Positions 1-8,256 of a DNA stretch of 64,000 bases are shown here, piece by piece. Position numbers and translations under genes: made by a program. Within the stretch, counting starts at the first letter, position 1. The number at the start of each line of letters is the position of its first letter. The notes under the pieces are model-generated. The model saw only the letters and a list, made by a program, of their open reading frames with translations. It made no database searches and was not told the DNA's origin. Source of the DNA: Bacteroidales bacterium (GTDB taxonomy: Bacteria > Bacteroidota > Bacteroidia > Bacteroidales > JAADJA01); the NCBI GenBank assembly GCA_020052415.1, contig JAGVPB010000004.1, positions 3,326 through 67,325 of the forward strand. Direction: 5' to 3'.

Positions 1-6
1 ACACGA

Positions 7-45
7 AAGGCTGCGGGTTGCAGCCTTTTGTGTTTTATTTTTTTT
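7..45 (+). terminator. Terminator-like hairpin for a + strand gene lying upstream of the window
   Basis: Perfect 8-bp stem aaggctgc(7-14)/gcagcctt(20-27) with a 5-nt loop, followed by T-rich ttgtgttttatttttttt. Confidence 0.5.
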
Positions 46-304
46 AGTAAAAAAATTAATTAGCCCGTAGGGCTTAAATATCAATAGAATAAATAAAAAA
101 AATACATTCATTGCCCGTTGGGCATTAACATGAAAGGAGCTAATATGGCAAACACCTTTAGGCAATGTTTTTCCCCATACGGGGAAAATGATTTTTGTTT
201 ATAATTAATCTTCTATGGATATGTATGCCCTGATGGGCAAAAATGTAATTGTAATTACTAAAAGTTAACAATAGAATTTCACAGTTGGATTTTGTATTGA
301 AGTT

Positions 305-1000
305 CTAAACGCATTGCTCTCTCAGGAAATAATCCCACAATGGATCTTTTGGCGGATCGGCTTCAATCTTCATCCGTTCACCATTCACAGGATGTATAAA
401 ATCAACTCTGCGGGCATGAAGATGGATCGAAGCATCAGGATTTGACCTGGGGAAGCCGTATTTTAGGTCACCCTTTATCGGGCAACCGATGTGAGCCAGT
501 TGCGCCCTGATCTGGTGATGGCGGCCCGTGAGCAGTTCGACTTCAAGAAGATGGTACTTATCGCTGCTTTTTAAAAGACGGTAAATCAGTTCTGCTTTTT
601 TTGCATCCTTCCTCTTTTCCGAAACAATAAAGGATTTATTTTTTTCCTGGTCTCTGAAAAGATAATGAGTAAGATGTCCGGTTATTTCTGCCGGCCGGTC
701 TTTAACAACAGCCCAATAGATTTTTTTTATCTCACGATTTTTCAGCATTTCATTTAATCGTGACAGCGCTTTGGAAGTGCGTGCAAAAATCACCACACCA
801 CTTACCGGCCGGTCAATACGATGTACTACACCAAGGAATACATCTCCCGGTTTATTGTATTTTTTCTTAATATACTTTTTGATTATTTCACTTAAAGGTT
901 CATCAGCGGTCTTGTCCCCCTGCACTATTTGGGATGTGTGCTTATTGACAATTATCAGGTGATTGTCTTCGTAGAGGATGTTAATTGGTTTCAGGTTCAA
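305..1000 (-). CDS. RluA-family RNA pseudouridine synthase
   Basis: 231-aa ORF. Catalytic motif HRIDRPVSGVVIFARTSKA (HRLD-type with Asp) and C-terminal HQIRAQLAHIGCPIKGD. Only a TTG start is available at 1000; the frame hits a stop upstream without any ATG. Confidence 0.85.
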   Translation of the reverse strand: MNLKPINILYEDNHLIIVNKHTSQIVQGDKTADEPLSEIIKKYIKKKYNKPGDVFLGVVHRIDRPVSGVVIFARTSKALSRLNEMLKNREIKKIYWAVVKDRPAEITGHLTHYLFRDQEKNKSFIVSEKRKDAKKAELIYRLLKSSDKYHLLEVELLTGRHHQIRAQLAHIGCPIKGDLKYGFPRSNPDASIHLHARRVDFIHPVNGERMKIEADPPKDPLWDYFLREQCV

Positions 1001-1104
1001 TGTTTCAGGTTTCAGGTTTGAAGTTCCGGGTTCTGAGTTCTGTGTTCTGAGTTTGTATCCGACAATATCTAATTTCTAATATCTAATTTCTCAAATCTCA
1101 CTTC

Positions 1105-1938
1105 TCAATACTGCTCCCTTTCATTCGGGAAGCTGACTGATTTCACATCGTCAATGTAAGCAGTTACCGAGCCTTTGATCTCCTCACTCAGATTGTGATA
1201 CCTTCTCAAAAAACGGGGAGAGAATTTTGTCGTGATCCCAAGCATATCATGAAGGACCAGCACCTGTCCGTCAACTCCGCTCCCTGCCCCTATTCCTATG
1301 GTCGGTATCCTGGTTTCATTTGTAACTTGGGTAGCGAGAAGTGCAGGGATTTTTTCAAGTACGATCCCGAAACATCCTGCCTCTTCCAGGCAATGTGCAT
1401 CCTTGATCAGCTTTTCGGCTTCATCGGATTCAGTAGCCCTTACGACATAGGTTCCGAATTTATGAATAGACTGGGGAGTCAGGCCAAGGTGTCCCATAAC
1501 CGGAATGCCGGCAGATAAAATGCGCTTAACCGATTCTATGACTTCTTCTCCTCCTTCGATTTTAATTGCGTTTGCTCCGGCTTCTTTCATGATACGAATG
1601 GCTGAATTAAGCGCTTCGATGGAATTTCCCTGGTAAGTTCCAAAGGGCAGATCAACTACGACCAGCGCCCTTGTAACCGCGCGCATGACAGATGAAGCAT
1701 GGTAGATCATATCATTCAGCGTAATGGGAAGTGTGGTTTTATGCCCGGCCATGACATTCGATGCGGAATCGCCAACGAGAATCACATCTATTCCGGCATC
1801 ATCGAGGATTTTTGCCATGGAATAATCGTAAGCCGTAAGCATGGCGATCTTCTCGCCTTTTAATTTCATTTCCTGCAACACATGCGTGGTGATTTTTGTA
1901 TAGTATTGCCTCGAATCTGTTGTCTTTTGCATACCCAA
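1105..1938 (-). CDS. panB: 3-methyl-2-oxobutanoate hydroxymethyltransferase
   Basis: 277-aa ORF with [34 protein letters not shown] and KIEGG motifs typical of PanB. The likely true start is ATG at 1932 (MQKTT...). Confidence 0.93.
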   Translation of the reverse strand: MGMQKTTDSRQYYTKITTHVLQEMKLKGEKIAMLTAYDYSMAKILDDAGIDVILVGDSASNVMAGHKTTLPITLNDMIYHASSVMRAVTRALVVVDLPFGTYQGNSIEALNSAIRIMKEAGANAIKIEGGEEVIESVKRILSAGIPVMGHLGLTPQSIHKFGTYVVRATESDEAEKLIKDAHCLEEAGCFGIVLEKIPALLATQVTNETRIPTIGIGAGSGVDGQVLVLHDMLGITTKFSPRFLRRYHNLSEEIKGSVTAYIDDVKSVSFPNEREQY

Positions 1939-1944
1939 TTTTTT

Positions 1945-1952
1945 ACAAAACT
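1945..1952 (-). promoter_or_regulatory. Bacteroidetes-type -7 promoter box upstream of panB
   Basis: Reverse complement reads TAGTTTTG, matching TAnnTTTG; 12 nt upstream of ATG 1932. Confidence 0.4.
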
Positions 1953-2045
1953 ACAAAGAATTTAGTTTGGAGTTTGGAGTTCGAAGTTTGAAGTTGTTTT
2001 TAAAAAGTTTTAGTTTAAGAATTACAGGCTCAGAATAATTATATT

Positions 2046-2053
2046 TACATTTG
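2046..2053 (+). promoter_or_regulatory. Bacteroidetes-type -7 promoter box
   Basis: TACATTTG matches TAnnTTTG; 26 nt upstream of ATG 2080. Confidence 0.45.
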
Positions 2054-2079
2054 CCTCCCATTCCTATTGATAAAATATT

Positions 2080-3165
2080 ATGGATAAAATTAAATCTGGT
2101 GTTTTGATTTTTATAACCGCGTTTGTCATTGGTTCTTGTGAGACTGATTTTCCCATCATTACCGAATGGAAGGATATCACTGTAGTTTATGGCCTCCTCG
2201 ACCAGAAAGATTCGGTTCAGTATATTAAAATAAATAAAGCATTTCTCGGTGAGGGCAATGCCTTAACTTTTGCACAGGAATATGATTCGGTAAATTATCC
2301 GTTCCCCCTGAACGTATGGATTGAAGAGATCAATGAAAACGGGCAATGGGTTCAGACCATTAATTTTGATACGATCACAACCTATAAGCCGGAAGACATC
2401 AATGCTGTTTTTCCGACCGGAGCTCAGCTCGTTTACAAGGGAAGCCCTGCAACATATTATGAAATTCACTATATAGTTGAACCGCCGAATGATACTATAG
2501 GATTTGAAAAGATATGGCTAAATGAAAAAAGCACCTATAAACTATTTATTCAATATCCGGATTCCTCAAAGCTCATAACCTCGGAAACATATTTGGTTCA
2601 GGATTTTGATATAACAAAACCATTTCCCGGCAGCACAACAATTAAGTTTGTGACCGCCCCGGCTTTACCTTACGAAATTTCCTGGGCAATGGCTCCAAAT
2701 GATGTTTTCAATTTTAAATATGAAATAGAACTGGTATTCCATTATGAGGAACTCACCTTTGACAACCAGCTCATCCAAAGAACGCTGAACCTCGCATCTG
2801 GCGTTGTTTACCCGCAAAGCGGATCAGATGAACTATATTATTACTTCTGGGATAACAACTTTTTTTCTTCCTGTGAAGATCAGATACCCTACGCTGATCC
2901 CACGTTAGAATCAAATATCAAGGAACGTCATTCAGGGAATGTGGATATTATAGTTTCTTCAGCGGCCGGGGAATTTAATCTTTTCATGCAGGTTTATGAA
3001 CCTTCCACGAGCATCGTTCAGGAAAAACCGCCTTATACCAATATCGTGAATGGAATTGGCATTTTTTCAGCACGTTATAAAAAAACAGAAAGCAAGGATT
3101 TGAATGCTGAAACATTAAACGATCTGAAAGCTATAAATAATAATATCTTAAAGTTTGAGTTTTGA
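2080..3165 (+). CDS. Hypothetical lipoprotein
   Basis: 361-aa ORF. N-terminal signal with lipobox-like FVIGSC. No family recognised by eye. Confidence 0.6.
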   Translation: MDKIKSGVLIFITAFVIGSCETDFPIITEWKDITVVYGLLDQKDSVQYIKINKAFLGEGNALTFAQEYDSVNYPFPLNVWIEEINENGQWVQTINFDTITTYKPEDINAVFPTGAQLVYKGSPATYYEIHYIVEPPNDTIGFEKIWLNEKSTYKLFIQYPDSSKLITSETYLVQDFDITKPFPGSTTIKFVTAPALPYEISWAMAPNDVFNFKYEIELVFHYEELTFDNQLIQRTLNLASGVVYPQSGSDELYYYFWDNNFFSSCEDQIPYADPTLESNIKERHSGNVDIIVSSAAGEFNLFMQVYEPSTSIVQEKPPYTNIVNGIGIFSARYKKTESKDLNAETLNDLKAINNNILKFEF

Positions 3166-3459
3166 AATTTTGTTTCGAACTCCTCATTAAAATAATAATT
3201 AACTCACTATCCTTCAATTTCCGGCAAATTCATGTTTATTCTGCCTTTTTGTCATTGTAAGAACCTTATTTAACCTCCCGCTTTTTAACCGGTTTAATAT
3301 TTTCTCAGTTTGCGATTTAACGCAGTCAGCGCACTTCGTGTTATTCCTTATAAGTTTCCAACCTAAGACCGTGTAGTTGTCAATCATTTGGCATAATGAT
3401 TGAAATGCGTGGCTGTCACTTAAAAAAATTCAACTTTAAAATAGTCAAAAAAATATAAC

Positions 3460-5382
3460 ATGGGTAAAATAATTGGAATAGATCTCGGAACAACCAATTC
3501 ATGTGTTGCTGTAATGGAGGGTAATGAACCTGTTGTAATTCCCAACAGTGAAGGAAGGCGAACAACACCTTCTATTGTCGCATTTACCGAAAATGGTGAA
3601 CGTAAAGTGGGTGATCCTGCCAAAAGACAGGCTATCACCAATCCCACAAAAACTATATTTTCCATAAAACGGTTCATGGGTGAAACATTTGACCGGGTCA
3701 CCAAAGAAGTTTCGAGGGTTCCTTATATAGTAAAGAAAGGGGACAATAACACACCCCGCGTTGAAATTGACAACCGTCAGTATTCACCACAGGAGATTTC
3801 GGCAATGATCCTTCAGAAAATGAAGAAAACAGCGGAAGATTATCTTGGCCAGGAAGTTACCGAGGCGGTTATTACAGTACCAGCTTACTTTAGCGATTCG
3901 CAGCGCCAGGCAACAAAAGAAGCCGGCGAAATTGCAGGACTGACAGTAAAAAGGATCATCAATGAGCCTACCGCAGCCTCACTTGCTTATGGTTTGGATA
4001 AAAAAAATAAAGATATTACAGTTGCCGTATATGATTTGGGAGGCGGAACATTTGATATTTCCATTCTCGAGTTGGGAGATGGTGTATTCGAAGTGAAATC
4101 AACCAATGGCAATACCCACCTTGGCGGTGATGATTTTGATCAAAAGGTGATTGACTGGCTTGCCGATGAATTTAAATCTGACGAAGGAATTGATTTGCGA
4201 AAAGATCCTATGGCTTTGCAACGGTTGAAAGAAGCAGCCGAAAAAGCGAAGATTGAATTATCCAGTTCATCCGAAACGGAAATTAATCTACCCTACATAA
4301 TGCCGGTAAATGGAATACCAAAACACCTCGTGAGGAAATTATCGAGGTCGAAATTTGATCAACTGACCGATGACCTTGTCAGGGCAACCATTGATCCTTG
4401 CAAACAGGCTTTGAAAGATGCCGGTATGCAAACATCCGATATTGATGAGGTTATTCTTGTTGGCGGATCAACCCGTACTCCTTCCATCCAGAAGATGGTT
4501 CAGGATTTCTTTGGAAAAGTTCCTTCGAAAGGTGTAAATCCGGATGAAGTAGTTGCAGTTGGAGCAGCAATACAGGGTGGGGTTCTAACAGGCGAGGTGA
4601 AAGATGTCCTTTTGCTTGATGTTACTCCATTATCGCTTGGTATTGAAACGCTCGGAGGAGTCATGACCAGACTGATTGAGTCGAATACTACTATCCCCAC
4701 AAAAAAATCTGAAACTTTTTCAACCGCTGCTGACAGCCAGACTTCTGTCGAAATACATATACTTCAGGGAGAACGGCCAATGGCCAATCAGAATAAAAGC
4801 ATCGGAAGATTCCATTTGGATGGTCTTCCGCCCGCGCCCCGTGGCATTCCTCAGATTGAAGTTACTTTCGATATTGATGCCAATGGGATTTTGCATGTAA
4901 CGGCACGTGATAAGGCTACCGGAAAATCTCAGAATATCAGGATTGAAGCTTCATCGGGCCTGACGGATTCCGAAATTAAAAAAATGAAGGATGAGGCTGC
5001 AGCCAATGCTGAAACCGATAAAAGGGCTAAAGAAGAGATTGACAAATTGAACGGTGCTGATGCTTTGATCTTTTCAACGGAAAAACAATTGAAGGAATAT
5101 GGTGATAAAATTCCGGCGGATAAAAAGGGTCCGATCGAAAAAGCGTTGCTTGATTTAAAGGAAGCTCATAAAAATAAAAACCTTGCCGGTATTGATAAAT
5201 ATATGGCCGAATTGAATGCTGCCTGGCAGGTAGCCAGTCAGGAAATGTACCAGGCTGCCCAGCAGCAGGAAGGACCACAACCAGGCAGTCAGCAAGGCGG
5301 GGGAGATAACAGCGGTAATTCTTCTTCAAAAAGTGATGAGGTAACGGATGTTGACTTTGAAGAAGTAAAGGACGATAAATAA
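3460..5382 (+). CDS. dnaK: Molecular chaperone DnaK (Hsp70)
   Basis: 640 aa; [17 protein letters not shown] and [10 protein letters not shown] motifs; Gly/Gln-rich acidic C-terminus. Confidence 0.98.
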   Translation: MGKIIGIDLGTTNSCVAVMEGNEPVVIPNSEGRRTTPSIVAFTENGERKVGDPAKRQAITNPTKTIFSIKRFMGETFDRVTKEVSRVPYIVKKGDNNTPRVEIDNRQYSPQEISAMILQKMKKTAEDYLGQEVTEAVITVPAYFSDSQRQATKEAGEIAGLTVKRIINEPTAASLAYGLDKKNKDITVAVYDLGGGTFDISILELGDGVFEVKSTNGNTHLGGDDFDQKVIDWLADEFKSDEGIDLRKDPMALQRLKEAAEKAKIELSSSSETEINLPYIMPVNGIPKHLVRKLSRSKFDQLTDDLVRATIDPCKQALKDAGMQTSDIDEVILVGGSTRTPSIQKMVQDFFGKVPSKGVNPDEVVAVGAAIQGGVLTGEVKDVLLLDVTPLSLGIETLGGVMTRLIESNTTIPTKKSETFSTAADSQTSVEIHILQGERPMANQNKSIGRFHLDGLPPAPRGIPQIEVTFDIDANGILHVTARDKATGKSQNIRIEASSGLTDSEIKKMKDEAAANAETDKRAKEEIDKLNGADALIFSTEKQLKEYGDKIPADKKGPIEKALLDLKEAHKNKNLAGIDKYMAELNAAWQVASQEMYQAAQQQEGPQPGSQQGGGDNSGNSSSKSDEVTDVDFEEVKDDK

Positions 5383-5391
5383 TAAACAGGG

Positions 5392-5417
5392 AGCCGGTAA
5401 AAAGCCGGCTTTTTTTA
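5392..5417. terminator. Shared terminator hairpin between convergent dnaK and udk
   Basis: Stem agccgg(5392-5397)/ccggct(5405-5410) followed by ttttttt. It sits between the dnaK stop (5382) and the udk stop (5415). Confidence 0.6.
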
Positions 5418-6032
5418 TTCTTCTTCCCGTAGTTTTTCTTTAATCCTTGAGGTCAGGATATCAATCGCGATCTGGTTTTTCCCGCCTTCAGGAATTATGA
5501 TGTCGGCATATCGCTTGTTTGGTTCAATAAAAAGCAGGTGCATAGGTCTTACAAACCGTTCGTAATGTTCAAGTACTTCCCTGAACGAACGACCTCTTTC
5601 CTCAATATCACGCCAGATAATCCGCATGAGCCGGTCATCCGGATCGGCATCAACGTACACTTTAATGTCGAGCTTACGCCTCAGACGAATATTTGTCAAA
5701 ATCAGAATTCCCTCTATAATCACAACTTTTTTAGGCTCCATGGGTATGGTTTCACTTGCCCTTGCACAAGTGAGATATGAATAAATGGGCATCCCTATTG
5801 GTTTACCGGCTTTCAGCAATTCGATGTGCTCTACCAGCAAACTGAATTCGATGGATGAGGGATGGTCGAAATTGATCTTTGCCCTTTCTTCGGGTGAAAG
5901 ATGGCCGTTGTCGCGGTAATAATTATCCTGCGAGATCACTGCTACAGAATTTTTAGGTAAACTTTTAACAATCTTTTTTACAACAGTTGATTTACCTGAA
6001 CCCGAACCGCCTGCTATGCCTATGATTAACAT
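5415..6032 (-). CDS. udk: Uridine kinase
   Basis: 205 aa; P-loop IGIAGGSGSGKST; FDHPSS and IIEGIL motifs. Confidence 0.93.
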   Translation of the reverse strand: MLIIGIAGGSGSGKSTVVKKIVKSLPKNSVAVISQDNYYRDNGHLSPEERAKINFDHPSSIEFSLLVEHIELLKAGKPIGMPIYSYLTCARASETIPMEPKKVVIIEGILILTNIRLRRKLDIKVYVDADPDDRLMRIIWRDIEERGRSFREVLEHYERFVRPMHLLFIEPNKRYADIIIPEGGKNQIAIDILTSRIKEKLREEE

Positions 6033-6100
6033 GAGAATTGACTAAAATTTGGATTGACTAAATTGACAAAAATGACAAAAATTATTTGAATGAAATGTAT

Positions 6101-7456
6101 TTATAGCTCCATAACTTTAAGGGTGCGGGGAGTTTTCCACATCCCTCTTGTAAAATCAGGGAATTGCATCGGCCATCCACCACTGGCAATTGATTTTTCG
6201 CTTAATCCGGTAACAGCGCTCAGCACGGCTGCATCATAAACATCCATATCGGGTTCTATACCATTCAATAAAGCATTGATCAACCGGTAATCCTCAAGGT
6301 AATCCATCCCGCCATGCCCGGAACCGGCAGTTTCATTCTCCATTTGCTGCCATAATGGATGATAAAATTCATCTTTATAGCTTTCCAAATCTTCCCACGT
6401 GTGAGCCGGGCTTCTGCCTTCGATATGAATTTTCGGATCAGGATATTTCTGAACGATCCCGTTTGTTCCCTGGATCAGGATGTCCCGGCTGTACGGACGT
6501 GGATTACTGGTATCATGTGTTACCATTATTGTTTCTCCGTTCATGGTTCTGATCATGGTTGAAACCACATCACTGAGTACAAATTCTTCTTTTGCCTGCG
6601 GGCTTTCCAAACCAAAAAGATCGAGTGCATATTTGTGCTGTCCCCGTGATTTTGTACCAAATGAAACGAGATAATCAAAATAATTTCCCCTGTTGATACC
6701 GAGGCATTGGGCAACCGGTCCGAGACCATGAGTCGGATATAAATCACCATCATGCTTCATTGAATGTGTCCTGCGCCAGACACCCTCGCCATTCATATCA
6801 TGTTTGACAGCTCTTAAATCATGAAGATAACCGCACCGGGCATGAAGGATTTCGCCAAGGATTCCTCTTTTAACCATGTTCAGGATGATCATTTCTTCGC
6901 GGTCGTAATTGCAGTTCTCCATCATAATGCAATGTTTGCCGGTATGCTCGGATGCTTCGATTAACTGCCAGCATTCGGCGATGGTCAACGCTGCCGGAAC
7001 TTCGGTAGCCGCATGTTTACCTGTTTTCATTGCTTCAAGGCATACCGGTACATGCCATTCCCAGGGTGTTGCAGTAAAAACCAGGTCAATATCATCCCTC
7101 TGGCACATCCGATTGAAATCCAATTCACCTTTCGAATAGCCTTCGGGTTTTGGAAATCCTGCTTCCACTGCCATATTCTGAGCACGAACCACTCTGTCCT
7201 CAATAATATCGCAAACAGCAACAATTTCACATCCTTTAATTTTCAGGAAATTGCTTACATGTGAAGTTCCCATTCCCCCGACACCTACCATTCCAATTCT
7301 CACTTTATCAAGTTTATTTGGTTTGAAAGGGTAATTGTTCAGTGCCGGTAGGACAGCTTCGGCTTCGCTGGAAAATGCCAGGTTTCCTAAGGCAATCCCC
7401 AGACCGGCCTGGGCACTTTTTTTTAAAAAACGACGTCGGTCAAAACTACTTTTCAT
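6101..7456 (-). CDS. Gfo/Idh/MocA-family NAD-dependent oxidoreductase with twin-arginine signal (GH109-like)
   Basis: 451 aa; N-terminal DRRRFLKKSAQAGLGIALG Tat-type signal; Rossmann motif VRIGMVGVGGMGTSH. Length and architecture resemble the glycoside hydrolase 109 group. Confidence 0.7.
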   Translation of the reverse strand: MKSSFDRRRFLKKSAQAGLGIALGNLAFSSEAEAVLPALNNYPFKPNKLDKVRIGMVGVGGMGTSHVSNFLKIKGCEIVAVCDIIEDRVVRAQNMAVEAGFPKPEGYSKGELDFNRMCQRDDIDLVFTATPWEWHVPVCLEAMKTGKHAATEVPAALTIAECWQLIEASEHTGKHCIMMENCNYDREEMIILNMVKRGILGEILHARCGYLHDLRAVKHDMNGEGVWRRTHSMKHDGDLYPTHGLGPVAQCLGINRGNYFDYLVSFGTKSRGQHKYALDLFGLESPQAKEEFVLSDVVSTMIRTMNGETIMVTHDTSNPRPYSRDILIQGTNGIVQKYPDPKIHIEGRSPAHTWEDLESYKDEFYHPLWQQMENETAGSGHGGMDYLEDYRLINALLNGIEPDMDVYDAAVLSAVTGLSEKSIASGGWPMQFPDFTRGMWKTPRTLKVMEL

Positions 7457-7568
7457 TTATTAATATCAATTTGAATAATTAAACTTACATGAATTGTGTC
7501 GACTGAATGACCAAAAGTAAATAATTTTTCAATCAGGATTTGGCTGGGGCAAGATAGGAACAGGAAAA

Positions 7569-7991
7569 TCATTTTTTACCACAAAATTCCATCAGCACTC
7601 CAAAGGTTGATTTTGGATGTAAGAAGCCAATATTCAATCCTTCGGCTCCTTTCCTTGGATTTTTATCAATGAGCTGAACACCATTTTTTTCAGCCTCAGA
7701 GAGAGCTCTAGTAACATCTTCCTGGGCAAATGCAATATGATGGATTCCCTCCCCTTTTTTTTCGATGAATTTTCCGATGGGTCCCTCAGGATCGGTGGAC
7801 TCCAGCAATTCTATTTTTGTTTTACCGATCATAAAAAAAGCGGTCTTCACTTTCTGATCCTTTACCTCTTCGATAGAATAGCATTCCAATCCAAGTACAT
7901 TTTCATAGAACCTTATCGCTTCTTCAAGATTTTTTACAGCAATTCCTATGTGTTCAATATGAGTAGGTTTCATCACTTTTTTATTTAACAA
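7569..7991 (-). CDS. mce: Methylmalonyl-CoA epimerase (VOC/glyoxalase fold)
   Basis: 140 aa; HIGIAVKNLEEAIRFYENVLG ... GEGIHHIAF typical of the epimerase subgroup. mutA/mutB lie in the same window. Alternative start at Met-7 (7973). Confidence 0.75.
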   Translation of the reverse strand: MLNKKVMKPTHIEHIGIAVKNLEEAIRFYENVLGLECYSIEEVKDQKVKTAFFMIGKTKIELLESTDPEGPIGKFIEKKGEGIHHIAFAQEDVTRALSEAEKNGVQLIDKNPRKGAEGLNIGFLHPKSTFGVLMEFCGKK

Positions 7992-8064
7992 CCTATTGCA
8001 AAAGTATTAATTTTCATTGTTGATGATATTGTGGGCTAAAGCCCTTTTAACCTGCGCCATTTCA

Positions 8065-8199
8065 AAGAGGCTGTCTCAAAAGTCTTTTTTGAGTTACACA
8101 GTCATACTGAGCCCGACGAAGTATGATTGATTTTCAGCCCAATACACATTTCGACAAGCTCAATGTGACCGACTTTTTTGACTTTTGAGACAGCCTCTT
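8065..8199. repeat. Nested palindromic intergenic element (MITE/REP-like)
   Basis: Perfect 20-bp inverted repeat aagaggctgtctcaaaagtc (8065-8084) / gacttttgagacagcctctt (8180-8199). It encloses two mutually inverted hairpin motifs, gtcatactgagcccgacgaagtatgat (8101-8127) and cacatttcgacaagctcaatgtgac (8145-8169). Confidence 0.8.
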
Positions 8200-8256
8200 A
8201 TGGATAAAACCCGTAATCAATGAAATAAGTCAAAGTTGTGAATCATGCGGGATAAG

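Noticed and set aside
145-204. 19-codon ORF MANTFRQCFSPYGENDFCL preceded by an AAGGAG Shine-Dalgarno-like sequence (134-139)
   Set aside because: It is very short and resembles nothing I recognise. It overlaps one of the hairpin repeats (169-188). Bacteroidota generally do not depend on SD sequences, so the AAGGAG is probably fortuitous.
1-245. Possible degenerate CRISPR array, because of regularly spaced palindromic hairpins
   Set aside because: The hairpins differ from each other in sequence and length (13-21 nt), and the 50-60 bp period is too short for repeat plus spacer. There is no conserved direct repeat and no cas gene in the window.
3166-3459. CIRCE/HrcA operator upstream of dnaK
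   Set aside because: There is no match to TTAGCACTC-N9-GAGTGCTAA. Only an unrelated 8-bp palindrome is present, and it is reported separately at low interest.
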